DNA of 64,000 bases from Heterodontus francisci (Eukaryota). Below, piece after piece: positions 1-13,915 of this stretch. The stretch covers positions 39,442,437-39,506,436 of the forward strand of contig NC_090409.1 of assembly GCF_036365525.1 (NCBI RefSeq). Direction: 5' to 3'. Below the pieces are notes generated by a model. That model ran no database searches. It had not been told where the DNA came from and saw only the letters and a program-made list of their open reading frames with translations. Position numbers and translations under genes: made by a program. The stretch's first letter is position 1; each line of letters opens with the position of its first letter.

Positions 1-1125
1 AGTCCTGTCACATCCAGTCTTGAACAGTGGGGAACAATTAAACAACAGGAGGAGGAGGCTCCATGAACATCTCCATCCTCCGTGATGGGGGAGCCCAGCA
101 CCAGTGAAAAAGACCAGGCTGAAGTGATCACAACCATCTTCAGCTGGAAGTGCCGACTGGATGATCCATCCCGGCCTCTTCCTGAGATCCCACAATCACA
201 GATACCGTCATCAGACAATTCAATTCACTCCAGTTAGGATCAAGAGACTTCCTGTCTGTACACAGCAGCATCTCTGTTCAGGCAGTGACAGACAGAGTCA
301 TTAAACATAACAAGACTGTACATTCACTAATATTAACACTGACTTCTCTTTAATCAGAGATTAAATCAAAAATTACATATAGAAAAGTAACATTAATTAT
401 ACAGAATAGAGGTACAGATATAGACAAAATCTATAGGACTCAGTTTCAATTGTAGAAAACATGTATAAAATATTTACAGTATAAATTACACATAAATACA
501 GTGACAATGAGGACCTGGACTGCAGAGAGAGAGAGATCGGAGTCCAAGATATACAAATCATTAAAAGCTGGTGAACAGGCACAGATCCTTGAATTAATAA
601 ATATTGCTCGAGTGCAAAAGTGAGGACTTTCTGGTAAACCTTCATAAATTCACCAGTTTCAGCCTCAGCTGGAGTATTGAGTCTGGGGATCACACTTTAG
701 GGAGGATGTCAAGGCTTTGGAGAGGAGATTTACTAGAATGGTTCCAGGGTGAGAGACTTCAGTAACAGAAACCACAGAAGGAGCCCATTCAGCCCATTGT
801 GTCAGCACAGCCGAAAAAACTGGCCGCCCAATATAATATGTGGAGACTGGAGAAGCCACAGGCAGTTTCAATCTATAAAATATCTAGAAGATGGAATCGG
901 TATATAAACAGTTACTGGCAATAATGTCGCTGCTGGTTTTGCCCAGTGGATGCTGCTGCACAGAGAGTTTCTGAAGCCTCTTCCCATGTTCACCACTGTG
1001 GGAGAACCATCGCTACAAGGACTGCAGTGGTTCAGGTACAGATGGACAATAAATGGGGCCCTGCCAGTATCACCCACACTGAGAACAGGTTAATAAATGC
1101 ATCACAAACTACCTGATGTTCCCAC

Positions 1126-2029
1126 TGTTTGGACCGAGGCGGGAGGAGTGCACTGTTAATTCAGTCCCGCTTCTCCACAGATCACAATATATTCTTTAAG
1201 TTTTCCATTTGTTGAAACAATTCCCCAGAATAAAACACACTAACCAGGTTTCTTTACTAAACAAAATTAACAGATTATAAAACAATTCTTAACTAGTAAT
1301 GCAGTAAAATAATATCACAGATCAAATTTTTAAATATCCAACATTAGATTTTAAAATGTCCCCTTTACCTTAGTTCCTTCACACTCACACATTCCTATAC
1401 ATAAATCAGTTAACTGGAAAAAGAAAAAGAATTTTTAGATTAGAGCTCTGTTACAGACAAAAACACAAATAGATCACGTGTCCACCCCAAAAAGAATAGC
1501 AGATGAGACTCACTGCACCAAAGAAGCAGACAGTCCAATGTCTAAGCAACTGTTACAGAAACTTCCAGAATTAGTTCTCTTCAGGCAGTGTTGAAAAGCA
1601 ATTTAGCTGGCCTTGTTAAAATGCAGGAACATGACAAATTAACATGCTGAACTTCAGAGTCTTTGAGGGAATTGAGAGTAAAAGCACTGGGTTGTAGTCT
1701 TCTGTTCTTCCTTGGAATTCTTTCCTTTTTCTGTCCTTCTTTGGCACTTTAGTAGCACTTGACTTTTGTCTCCTTCCAGAAGGTATCACACACATGCACT
1801 GACTGACAACCAAACAGCTTGGCAGTTCGCTGCCCACCCAGATGTTCTCTGTTGTTACTGGGCTTGTCAATTTCTGCCCTTTGCCATGGCTTCTGTTCTA
1901 AGCCGAGCCCAACCAGGTGACAAACCGTTGCCAATCATCCCTCACTGTCTTCTTGAGTGAAAAACATTTAGCTTAATTATAAATTCCTTTATTTTATTAA
2001 ATAATTTTTTAAAAGTCACTTTCATAAAA
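1126..2029. mobile_element. Solo LTR-like element downstream of gene A
   Basis: Starts TG, CCAC on both flanks (4-bp TSD), terminal CA apparently mutated to AA; related to the LTR at 46980. Confidence 0.65.
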
Positions 2030-2384
2030 CCACTCGCTCATAAAGAGGATATTTTGGAAGTTACCATCTCACACAGGGAGTGATCAATGGGTTTCACAGC
2101 TGAAGTTGGTCCTGTGTGTTCCTGAGACTGGGTTTGGACACAGTGTGTATCAGTAATACTGAGATATAATGTAATATCAATCAGACAGGTTTTCTAGTAA
2201 AGGGACAACACTGTCACTGGGTGATTATCTCAAGACTCTGCTGGTCAGAGGGGTTTATGCAGAGTGGGAAGTGATTGTTGATCCCGATCCTGAGCTCAGA
2301 CTTTCCACCAGGATTCACTGGATAACCACAATACTGGGCTGATTTTCCCCTCCCCGACCCAGGCTCAGTGCAGTGTAAACTCAG

Positions 2385-5300
2385 TTAGTGCTGGACAGCC
2401 CCGTTCCCCAGAAGGTTTTGTTCTCCAGCTGCTCCATTCTGATGCTCAGGTGCTGTTGTGAAACATGGGACCTTGTGACCTAAACAAGTCACCCCTGTCA
2501 AAGGGACGACATGAGATGCTTCATTTTGATTGATGCTGTGATGCTTTTGAACACAATTCCTGGGAGAAAAAAAACAGCAGAGTTCAGGTTACATTAAAAG
2601 AATCCAACACTTTGTACAAGTGTGTAAAGGAACTGTTCAGGAGCACAGACCGATTAAATTACACTCAACACCCTGGGCACCAATGGCAGCTGGAAAATGG
2701 GTCACAGGAGCTGCACGGTGATGGAGCACAGAGTGTAGAGGAGAGGAGGCTGATAAAGGAGGCAATGGGCAAGAGCTGGACACTCCACAGGACCTGTGCT
2801 GACCGAGGCACCAGACCAATAGAAAAATGACAGCTCACCTCAACATTGGAGATTAAAAAGAATTGACGAGGATCTCGGTTAACACTGAGCTGAAGATGAT
2901 GGGGATCAGATCAGACAGGAGGAGGCTGGGAATGTCTGTACTCTCCAGACTGATCCTGAATTATTGAGAGGAGTCACAGATGGACAGGATATTCCCTGAT
3001 GTGATCAAACCCGACCCAGCAGTGACCAAACAGGCTGACGGAGGCAGAAATATTGTGATGGGGAAAAAAGAGTCAGAGGACAGAGTTAGAGAATCTGCAA
3101 TAGTTTCCCCCCCACAACTGGCAGATGGGTAAGAGATGGGCAGGGAGATGTGGATGTTGAGGGAGGCAGAGAAATGCAACATATTTTATTGTCAGTGATC
3201 AAAAGCACTGATGGTCAGGTCAAGGGATGAGAGTGGACACAGGGTATATCACAGAAGCGGAGGTAGGTGGGATTTGAGTGATGGGGAGAATATGGAGTCA
3301 GAAGCACAGCTCAGGGTCTGATAGGACTCAGAGGTTGTGAACAGTCTGGTTCAGCCTCAGACAGTGGCCAGGGAGGGGGATGGAGTCAGTGACTGGGGAA
3401 CAGAGCAAGGATCAGAGGCTGGTGAAAAGTCAGAGGAGAGGGGACAAGGGGATTTTAGGTGTAGGCTGGTGAGTTGTTTGCTGCAGAGATTAGGCGAGTG
3501 TCTATTAACTGTGTGATAGAGGGAGCCGCACATTCCTGCTCTTCACCTTCAGTTCAGCAGCTGGAGGATGACAACAAGCTGGAAGTGACTGGATAATGCA
3601 GCATTGAAACATCCCACACAGCACAAAGTGTATCAGTGTACACAACATTTCCACAACACCAAATAGAATAAAACAAAACTAGAATTAATAATGGGAACTG
3701 TAGAACATTCCGGAACTCACCATCTTTGTCGCTTTTGGATTATGATAACTATAAATCCCTGAAGAAGAAGAAAAAGAATTCCGACAACCAATCCAACTAC
3801 TGCTCCAGTAGAGAGTCCAGGACCTAGAGACAGAATGAAGCGGTTAACAGACTGGGACACACTAACAAAACTAACAGCAGAGACCGTCAGCACCTAGTGT
3901 TTCAGAACCATCCTCAGTACAAACACAGTCCTGGTCAATTCAAATCATGGAGGGATGTGGGAGGTTAAATACCAATAATCTCACACACAAACCCACACAA
4001 ACACACACCAAGCCACCCACAGTTCCTTGCACACACTCACTGCCCCACAGTCTGATTGATACATGCTTTCCAATGGAGAGAACTGGACACTGACCAGCAG
4101 CAGCCTCCCTTCAAGTTGGGAAGGGAAAGGGAGTTTGGAGATGGAACAATAGCTTCCATGGGTGAGGGGTTGTTTTTTTTTTGAGGAGGGGGTGATGATG
4201 GTGGATTTAAAAGGAGGAACAGAGAATATCTGAAGAGAAAGAACCATTTAAAATACCGGCTCACGTGGTACCAGGAGGGAAAGTTGGATGATTAGTAGTT
4301 TAGCAGGAACAGGATCAAGGGGACAGGAGGTGGGTCTCATGGACAAGATGAGTTTAGAGAGGGAATGAGTGGAAATAGGAGAGAAACCAGAGAAAGATGA
4401 GAGTTCAGGGTTAGGGCAGGGGGGAGGATTATAGGAAGTTTGGCCAGGTGTGCTAGTGGAAGGGAGGGACACGGCAGAGGCAGCTGATTGGATGGTCTTG
4501 ATCGGACTGACAGAGCAGTCCATGAGCTCCTCGCACGTATTGTTGGACTTATTACCCATTCAGTGTGAGCATATGTAAAATCTAAAAACACAGGCAGTAG
4601 TTTAGAAACAGATTTACCTGGTACAGGTGTGTTCAGTACAGGTGTGTTCAGTACAGGTGGGCAATTGCGCTCTGAAGAAAACATCATGTGTTTAGTATTG
4701 TGTGTGATGGTAGACAGGCAATTGTTAACACCTGGAGAACTAATACATAGTTTACAACAAAAATGCATTTCTTTAATGTACAAAATACCAGCAAGGAAAG
4801 TGTTCCAACCGTGGCTAACGAAAAAAATCAAGGATTGTATTAGACCAAAGGAATTATTAGATGAAGGAAGGGCAGTGGATGATATCCATATGGACTTCAG
4901 CAAAGCCTTTGACAAGGTCCCACATGGCAGCCTGGTACAAAAGGTGAAGTCACACGGGATCAGAGGTGAGCTGGCAAGATGGACACAGAACTGGCTTGGT
5001 GACAGAAGACAGAGGGTATCAGTGGAAGGGTGTTTTTCTGAATGGAGAGATGTGACTAGTGGTGTTCCGCAGGGATCAGTGCTGGGACCTTTGCTGTTTG
5101 TAGTATATATAAATGATTTGGAGGAAAATGTAGCTGGTCTGATTAGTAAGTTTGGGGACGACACAAAGGTTGGTGGAGTTGCGGATAGTGATGAGGATTG
5201 TCAGAGGATACAGCAGGATATAGATCGGTTGGAGACTTGGGCGGAGAAATGGCAGATGGAGTTTAATCCGGACAAATGTGAGGTAATGCATTTTGGAAGG

Positions 5301-8300
5301 TCTAATGCAGGTGGGAGGTATACAATAAATGGCAGAACCCTTAGGAGTATTGACAGACAGAGAGATCTGGGCGTACAGGTCCACAGGTCACTGAAAGTGG
5401 CAACGTAGGTGGATAAGGTAGTCAAGAAGGCATACGGCATGCTTGCCTTCATCGGTCAGGGCATAGAGTATAAAAATTGGCAAGTCATGCTGCAGCTGCA
5501 CCGAACTTTAGTTAGGCCACACTTAGAATATTGCGTGCAATTCTGGTCGCCACACTACCAGAAGGACGTGGAGGCTTTGGAGAGGGTACAGAGGAGGTTT
5601 ACCAGGATGTTGCCTGGTCTGGAGGGCATGAGCTATGAGGAGAGGTTGGATAAACTCGGATTGTTTTCACTGGAACGACGGGGGTGGAGGGGCGACATGA
5701 TAGAGGTTTACAAAGTTATGAGCGGCATGGACAGAGTGGATAGTCAGAAGCTTTTTCCCAGGGTGGAAGAGTCAGTTACTAGGGGACATAGGTTTAACGT
5801 GCGAGGGGCAAAGTTTAGAGGGGATGTGCGAGGCATGTTTTTTTACACAGAGGGCGGTGAGTGCCTGGAACTTGCTGCCGGGGGAGGTGATGGAAGCAGA
5901 TACGATAGCGACGTTTAAGAGACATCTTGACAAATATATGAATAGGAAGGGAAGAGAGGGATACGGACCCCGGAAGTGCAGAAGGTTTTAGTTTAGGCAG
6001 GCATCAAGATAGGCGCAGGCTTGGAGGGCCGAATGGCCTGTTCCTGTGCTGTACTGTTCTTTGTTCTTAGGAAGAGGCGTGTAAAGTTGTCAAAAAAATG
6101 TTAATCCTGAGGATTGGGAACATTTCAAAATTCTGCAAAGGAGGACCAAGAAAAAGATTAAGAAAGGGAAATAGAATAGGAGAGTAAATTAGCGAGAAAC
6201 ATAAAAACAGACTGTAAAAGCTTCCCCAGATCTGCAAAACAGAAAAGATTAGCAAAGACAAATGTGGGTCCATTACAAACAGACTTAGGAGAATTTATAA
6301 TTGGGAACAAGGAAATGGCAGAGAAAATAAAACAAATACTTTGTGTCAGTCTTCATGGAGGAAAATACTAAAAAGCTCCCAGAAATAATGGAGAATCAAG
6401 GGACTAGTGTAAACAAGGAACTGCAAGATACCAATATTAATAAACAAGTACAAGAGAAATTAGTGGGACTGAAAGTAGATAAATCCTCTGGACCTGATGA
6501 TCTATATCCCAGCATGTTGAAAGAGGTGGCTGTAGAGATGGTTGATGCATTAGTGGTCATCTTTCAAAATTCTGTAGACTCTGGAATGGTTCCCGCAGAC
6601 TGGAAGGTGGTAAATGTAACCCAACTGTTTAAGAAAGGAGGGAGAGAGAAAACAGGGAACTACAGACCTGTTAGCCTAGACATCAGTCATAGGGAAAATG
6701 CTAGAATCTACAATAAAGGATGTGATAACTGGACACTTCGAAAATAATGGTAGGATTGGGCAGAGTCAACCTGGATTTATGAAAGGGAAATCATGTTTTA
6801 TAAACCTGTTGGAGTTGAAGTCCCACACAAGAGGTTGGTAAACAAAATGAGAACACATGGGATTGGAGTGAATATACTGGCAGGGATTGAGAACTGGTTA
6901 ACAGACAGAAAACAGAGAGTCGGAATAAATGGGTCATTTCCAGGTTGGCAGGTTGTTACAAGTGGGATACTACAAGGAACAGTGCTTGGGCCCAGCTATT
7001 CACAATCTAGATCAATGATTTGGATGTGGGGATTAAATGTAATATTTCCAAGTTTGCAGAAGACACAAAACTAGGTGGAAGTGAGAGTTGTGAGGAGGAT
7101 GCAAAGAGGCTTCAAGGAGATATGGAGAGGTTAAGCAAGTGGGCAAAAGATTGGAGAAATGTGAGGTAATCCACTTTGGGAGGGAAAACAGAAATACAGA
7201 GTATTTCTTAAACAGTGAGAGGCTGGGAATGTTGAATTTCAAAAGGACTTGGGTGTCCTTGTTCATGAGTCACTGAAAGCTAACATGCTGGTACAGCAAG
7301 CAATTAAAGCAGCTAATGGTATGTTGGTTTTTATTACAAGAGGATTTGAGTATAGGAGTAAAGACTGCAATTATATAGAGCCTTGGTGAGACTGCATCTG
7401 GAGTATTGTGTAGTTTTAGTCTCATTACCAAAGGAAAGATACACTTGCCTCAAAGAGAGAGTGCAACGAAGGTTCACCAAACTAATTCCCGGGATGGAGG
7501 GATTGTCTGATGAGGAAAGATTAAATGGACTGGGCCTTTATTCTCTAGAGTTTAGAAGAATGAGAGGTGATCTCATTCAAACATACAAAATTCTTACAGG
7601 TCTCGACAGAGTAGATGTAGGAAGGATGTCTCCCCAGGCTGGGGGTGGGGGGGTGGGGTCTAGAACCAGGGGACACAGTCTCAGAATAAGAGGTAAGCCA
7701 TTTAGGACTGAGATTAGGAGGAATTTCTTCACTCAGAGGGTGGTGAATCTTCAGAATTCTCTGCCCCAGAGGGCAGTGGAGGCTCAATCATTGAGTATGT
7801 TCAAGACTGAGATCGACAGATTTCTACATATTAAAAATATCAAGGGTTACGGGGGTAGTGCAGGAAAATGGTGTTGAAGTAGAAGATCAGCCATGATCTC
7901 ATTGAATATTGGAACAGGCTCGAAGGGCTGAATGGCCTCCTCTTGCTCCCATTTCTTATGTAAACTGCAGAAATGTTCAAAGACTCTATAGGGCTGTAGT
8001 GAAACACATCCCGGGAGGAACGAGACTCGGGACAAACAGATCAAGAAGGATCAGGAACAGGGTCGGCAGAGTGAAAAATCCAACAGGATTGCATTCACTT
8101 TGAGGGGTAGAATGGAAGTTTTCCAGAGTTACCCCCAGCAGGATCATTCCCAGCAGACTACACCCACCTGTGGAGAGAATTCCCACAGGATCCTGGGCCG
8201 ACTGGGATACACTTTCAAGGCAAGTGCACTGGGTCTTGTAAAGGCTGCCTGAGGGGTGCTATGGACCCCACCTCCTGCACCCCAACATCTGGAGACAGAT

Positions 8301-11300
8301 GTAGCACGTTTCTGGAGAGTGAGAGCAGCTTGATAGCACCGTTAACTCCTTCCATCACCCAGTTTGGCAGCTCTGTCCTTCAGGGCTCAGCCAGCTCGGT
8401 CAGTGGTGGTATTACCGAGTGACCCTTGGTGATGGACAGTGAAGTCCCCACTCGGTACATTCTGTGTCCTTGTTACCCTCAGTGCTTCCTCCAAATGGTG
8501 TTCAACATGGAGGAAAACTGATTCATCAGCTGAGGGAGGGCAGTAGGTGGGAATCAGCAGGAGGTGTCCAGGCCCATGTTTGACCTGAAGCTGTGAGATT
8601 TCCTGGGGTTCAGAGTCAATGTTGAGGAGTCTTGGGGTCACTCCCTCCTGACTGTATACCACTGTGTCCCCACCTCTGGTGGGTCTGTCCTGCCAGTGGG
8701 ACAGTACATACCCAGGGATGGTGATAGAGGAGACTGGGATGTAGGGTTGATTCTGTGAGTATGACTGGAGTCACATATACACCAGACCGGGAGGGACATT
8801 AGTGAACCAGTTGGGTTTTACAACAATCCAACAGCTTCATGGTCACTTTTATTGGGACCAACTTTATATTTCCAGATTTATTTTAAACTGAATTTAAATT
8901 CTGAAACTGCTATGGTGGGATTTGAACTCGTGTTTTCGGGATTATTTTTTTTTCATTCATTCATGGGATGTGGGCGTCGCTGGCCAGGCCAGCATTTATT
9001 GCCCATCCCTAATTGTCCTTGAGAAGGTGGTGGTGAGCTGCCTTCTTGAACCGCAGCAGTCCATGTGGGGTAGGTACACCCACAGTGCTGTTAGGAAGGG
9101 AGTTCCAGGATTTTGACCCAGCGACAGTGAAGGAACGGCGATATAGTTCCAAGTCAGGATGGTGTGTGGCTTGGAGGGGAACTTGTAAGTGGTGCTGTTC
9201 CCATGTATTTGCTGCCCTTGTCCTTATAGTTGGTAGAGGTCGCGGGTTTGGAAGGTGCTGTCTCAGGAGCCTTGGTGCATTGCTGCAGTGCATCTTGTAG
9301 ATGGTACACACTGCTGCCACTGTGCGTCGGTGGTGGAGGGAGTGAATGTTTGTAGATGGGGTGCCAATCAAGCGGGCTGCTTTGTCCTGGATGGTGTCAA
9401 ACTTCTTGAGTGTTGTTGGAGCAAGTGGAGAGTATTCCATCACACTCCTGACTTGTGCCTTGTAGATGATGGACAAGCTTTGTGGAGTCAGGAGGGGAGT
9501 TACTCGCCTCAGGATTCCCAGCCTCTGACTTGCTCTTGTAGCCACGGTATTTATATGGCTACTCCAGTTCAGTGTCTGGTCAATGGTAACCCCCAGGATG
9601 TTGATAGTGGGGGATTCTGCAATGGTAATGCTGTTGAATGTCAAGGGGAGATGGTTAGATTCTCTCTTGTTGGAGATGGTCATTGCCTGGCACTTGTGTG
9701 GCGCAAATGTTATTTGTCACTTCTCAGCCCAAGCCTGGATATTGTCCAGGTCTTGCTGCATTTCTACACGGACTGCTTCAGTATCTGAGGAGTCACGAAT
9801 GGTGCTGAACATTGTGCAATCAACAGCGAACATCCCCACTTCTGACCTTATGATTGAAGGAAGGTCATTGATGAAGCAGCTGAAAATGGTTGGGCCCAAG
9901 ACACTACTCTGAGGAACCCCTGCAGTGATGTCCTGGAGCTCAGATGATTGACCTCCAACAACCACAACCATCTTGCTTTGTGCTAGGTATGACTCCAGCC
10001 AGCAGAGGGTTTTCCTCCTGATTCCCATTGACCTCAGTTTTGCGAGGGTTCCTTGATGCCATACTCGGTCAAATGCTGCCTTGATGTCAAGGGCAGTCAC
10101 TCTCACCTCACCTCTGGATTACTAGTCTAGTAACATAACCACTGCACTACCGTACCCATAAAATCAGAGTAAATGCAGAATACCTGAAACAGAAACTTCT
10201 CACCTGTTACAGAGAGATCGACATCTTGATGAAAGACAACATCTGCCCTCTTGTAAAACTGACACACATACTTGTACTGGTCTGACTGCCTGAGGTCAGA
10301 GATCATAACTGACCAGTTGCCTTGTTCCAGTTGATCTTTGAACAGATTTGTTCTGTTTCTGAACCGTGGGTCTTGTAGAGTCAAATCATCATTTCCATTG
10401 GCAAACTTGTGCAAAATTCCATTCCTGAATATCCACCAAATTACCTGGAAATCAGAGACCGGGACATTCTCTTTGTAGATACAGGGCAGCACAACCTGCT
10501 CCCCAAGGAACCCAGAAACTGGGACAGACGAGTAATCTGGAAAAGATTGAAAGTATTTATCTACAGATATAACCTCCCTGCTGGTACATTCCATCCCAAG
10601 CTCCACATGGTTACACTGCGATGCTTGATTTACAAGAAGCACTGATCAGTAACTCACTGCTTTCATTTCTGTGGGAAGGTTAAAGGTCAGGCATTAAGGG
10701 CCTTCAACTAAAACCAGCTTGTGCTGGATATTTGTATCCACAGAGCAGCTGGACAGCACTTTGAATCGTGTGTTTCCCATTGTACACATGCTGGGAGAAC
10801 ACAAAAAAAGAGTTCCGAGGAAGGGTCACTGACCCGAAACGTTAACTCTGCTTCTCTTTCCACAGATGCTGCCAGACCTGCTGAGTGATTCCAGCATTTC
10901 TTGTTTTTATTTCAGGATATTAGTCACCCTGCCCACCTCCCCCCTTTGGGAGAACAATGACAGACCAGTGAACTGGCAGTGAGATCCCCAAACTACCACT
11001 GGATTTGGGACTGAGGTTTACAGACTCACCCAGGCTTCAACACTGAACCAACTAATCCGAGCTCTGCTGAAATGTGAGAGCAGTCACAGCGTTTACCTGA
11101 AACAGCAGCAACAGCATTTAGCAGCAGCAGCAGGAGGAGGAGTTTCTGTAAGTTGGGTCCCTGCAACAAGAAAACACAGTTACCCCCCTTTACCACAGTT
11201 TCTTGCTGCTCATGTCCATTTCTGAGCCGGGACAGGACACAGTCCATGGTCCCGCTCCCCATTACTGACCCTCCTCCCTCCCGGCTCTGAGACACATTGA

Positions 11301-11479
11301 GACCGGGAGCAGCCCTGACACAGTCCATGGTCCCTCTCCCCATTACTGACCCCCCTCCCTCCCGGCTCTCAGACACATTGAGACCGGGAGCAGCCCTGAC
11401 ACAGTCCATGGTCCCTCTCCCCATTACTGACCCCCCGGGTGTGAGACACTGACAATACCTGCTGTGTTTTTCTATCCAT
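2385..11479 (-). CDS. Single-IgV B7/butyrophilin-like membrane protein, copy A; exons 11459-11479, 11097-11160, 10204-10536, 3721-3823, 2385-2559 (231 aa)
   Basis: All introns GT-AG with matching phases 0/1/1/2. MDRKTQQ|GPNLQKLLLLLLLLNAVAAVS|DYSSVPVSGFLGEQVVLPC..W..QDPRFRNRTNLFKDQLEQGNWSVMISDLRQSDQYKYVC..|GPGLSTGAVVGLVVGILFLLLQGFIVIIIQKRQR|WNCVQKHH..NGAVQH*. Same structure in four paralogs. Confidence 0.85.
4250..4520 (-). mobile_element. L2-type LINE fragment (copy near 35510-35780)
   Basis: Peptide LSKLILSMRPTSCPLDPVPAKLL typical of L2 ORF2 just before the RT. Confidence 0.6.
4850..6066 (+). mobile_element. 5'-truncated CR1 (HER1-like) LINE, RT region plus 3' tail
   Basis: [43 protein letters not shown]; one in-frame stop; tail gggccgaatggcctgttcctgtgctgta..(ctttgtt)n. 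Confidence 0.93.
6067..7960 (+). mobile_element. Older degraded CR1 LINE
   Basis: Frameshifted peptides [37 protein letters not shown]. Confidence 0.9.
8385..8945 (-). mobile_element. 5' part of a tRNA-headed LINE (APE endonuclease remnant); head continues at 10113-10155
   Basis: Peptide LLLIPTYCPPSADES..GDFTVHH resembles APE; paralogs at 22320-22745, 39630-40456, 59213-59830. Confidence 0.65.
8946..10112 (-). mobile_element. 5'-truncated CR1/L2-group LINE (RT) inserted in the element above
   Basis: ALDIKAAFDRVWH, AGVPQSSVLGP, IYKAQVRSVMEY; (tgaa)n/poly-A tail; empty site in copies B and D. Confidence 0.9.
10204..10536 (-). CDS. IgV exon of copy A (phase 1-1, 333 nt)
   Basis: B-strand Cys, C-strand Trp, D-x3-Y-x-C motif, B7/BTN-like FRNRT-LF-DQL-QGN-S segment; ttccag acceptor and gtgaga donor. 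Confidence 0.93.
10802..10912. mobile_element. Penelope-like terminal-repeat fragment
   Basis: gaagggtcactgacccgaaacgttaactctgct matches 25990-26050 in reverse; absent from the paralogous introns. Confidence 0.6.
11235..11436. repeat. 81-bp intron-1 repeat, about 2.4 units (copy A)
   Basis: Reverse complement of the 54521-56740 unit. Confidence 0.9.
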
Positions 11480-11660
11480 TGCCCTGATCCTGGATCATTC
11501 CCTCCCGGACACAGGAGACTGGGAATCTGCCGCTGGGTCAGACAGTGAATATTGAAACTAACTGAGCTGCTGCTGAATCTTTACAAACAGTGAAAATGAC
11601 GGGAATCAGCCACGAAAACCTGGATCAGATTTTAAATAAACCATTTCCTGGCGCGCACGG

Positions 11661-12437
11661 CTTCTATTGGCGGTGATTCGCCCAATCAGCGGCCGGACTG
11701 GACTGTCACTCAGTGCAAGCCCCCCGGCCCCGCCCCTCGGCGGGAACAGCTTCTATTGGCGGTGATTCGACCAATCAGCGGCCGGACTGGCCTGTCACTC
11801 AGTGCTAGCCCCCCGGCCCCGCCCCTCGGCGGGAACAGCTTCTAGTGGCGGTGATTCGACCAATCAGCGGCCGGACTGGCCTGTCACTCAGTGCAAGCCC
11901 CCCGGCCCCGCCCCTCGGCGGGAACAGCTTCTATTGGCGGTGATTCGACCAATCAGCGGCCGGACTGGCCTGTCACTCAGTGCTAGCCCCCCGGCCCCGC
12001 CCCTCGGCGGGAACAGCTTCTAGTGGCGGTGATTCGACCAATCAGCGGCCGGACTGGCCTGTCACTCAGTGCAAGCCCCCCGGCCCCGCCCCTCGGCGGG
12101 AACAGCTTCTATTGGCGGTGATTCGACCAATCAGCGGCCGGACTGGACTGTCACTCAGTGCAAGCCCCCCGGCCCCGCCCCTCAGCGGGAACAGTTTCTA
12201 TTGGCGGTGATTCGCCCAATCAGCGGCCGGACTGGACTGTCACTCAGTGCAAGCCCCCCGGCCCCGCCCCTCGGCGGGAACAGCTTCTATTGGCGGTGAT
12301 TCGACCAATCAGCGGCCGGACTGGACTGTCACTCAGTGCAAGCCCCCCGGCCCCGCCCCTCGGCGGGAACAGCTTCTAGTGGCGGTGATTCGACCAATCA
12401 GCGGCCGGACCGGCCTGTCACTCAGTGCTAGCCCCGC
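11661..12437 (-). promoter_or_regulatory. 89-bp tandem repeat (about 8.7 units) built from the proximal promoter module of gene A
   Basis: Units start at 11661+89n; each carries CCAAT (most also ATTGG), CTGTCACTCA, CCCCGCCCC and GGCGGGAA; about 180 bp upstream of the ATG; the same motifs lie upstream of B and D. Confidence 0.8.
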
Positions 12438-12574
12438 CTCAGCCCCCATGGCCCCGCCCCTTGGCGGGAACAGCTTCTCGGCGCCAGGGTCCGGTTCTGT
12501 TTAGTTCCTTTCCGGTGTTCAAGGAGCAGCAGCTCTGATGTGGACGAGTGTCCTTCCAGATCCTTCTTCCCCCT

Positions 12575-13915
12575 CTGTCATGTCCCCTCTTCAGCCTCCT
12601 TCACTCCAGTGAAAACAGACCCAGCCTATCCAATCTCTCTTTATAACTCAAACCCTCCAAACCAGGCAACATCCTTGTGAATCTTTTCTGCACCCTCTCT
12701 AGTTTAATCACATCTTTCCTGTAGTGCGGCGACCAGAACTGCACACAGTTCTCCAAATGCGGCCGAACCAACGTTATGTACAACTGTAACAGGACGTCCC
12801 AACTCTTGTACTCAATGCCTCGGCCGTAATGCAAGCATGCCGTTTGCCTTCTTCACCATCCTGTCTATCTGTGTTGCCACTTTCAGGGAACTATGTACTT
12901 GCACCCCAGGGTCTCTCTGATCAACAACACTCCCCTGGGCCCTGCCATTCACTGTATATGTCCTGCCCTGGTTTAACTTCCCAAAATGCATCACTTTGCA
13001 CTTGACTGCGTTAAATTCCATTTGCCAATGCTTTGCCCACTTTATCTATATCCTGTTGTAATCTTAGACAACCTTCTTCACTGTCCACTACACCACCAAT
13101 TTTGGTGTCATCTGCAAACTTACTAATCATGCCCCCTACATTCTCATCCAAGTCATTAATATATATGACAAACAGAGGGCCCAGCACCGATCCCTGCGGC
13201 ACACCACTGGTCACCGGCCTCCAATCTGAAAAACAACCCTCCACTACCACCCTCTGCCTCCTATCACCAAGCCAATTTTGTATCCAACTGGCTAGCTCAC
13301 CCTGGATCCCATGTGTTCGAACCTTCTGGACCAGCCTACCATGCGGGACCTTGTCAAAGGCCTTGCTAAAGTCCATGTAGACAACGTTCACCACCCTGCC
13401 CTCGTCAATCCTCTTGGTCACCTCCTCAAAAAACTCAATCAAATTTGTGAGACATGATTTCCTACGTACAAAGCCATGCTTACGATCCCTAATCAGACCA
13501 TGCCTTTCCAAATGCATATAGATCCAGTCTCTCAGAATCCCTTCCAAAAACTTTCCCACCACTGATGTAAGGCTCACCGGCCTGTAGTTCCCTGGCTTAT
13601 CCCTGCTGCCCTTCTTAAATAAAGGCATAACATTCGCTATCCTCCAGTCTTCCGGTACCTCACCCGTGGCTAACGATGATACAAAAATCTCTGCCAGAGC
13701 CCCAGCAATCTCCTCCCTTGTTTCCCATAGTGTCCGAGGATGCACCTGGTCAGGCCCTGGGGATTTATCCACCTTAATGCGCTTCAAAACCTCCAGCACC
13801 TCCTCCTTTGTAATGTTGATATGCTCCAGGATATCGCTGTTCCCTCCCTTGAACTCACTAGATTCCATGACCTTCTCCACGGTAAATACAGACGAGAAAT
13901 ATTCATTTACGACCT
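12575..13915 (-). mobile_element. CR1 LINE RT fragment
   Basis: ORF 13011-13991 with [22 protein letters not shown]; shares lesions with 51975-53895. Confidence 0.93.

Noticed and set aside
10204-10536. Rearranging Ig/TCR/IgNAR V segments
   Set aside because: Exons include the G strand and end in a splice donor; no heptamer-nonamer RSS seen.
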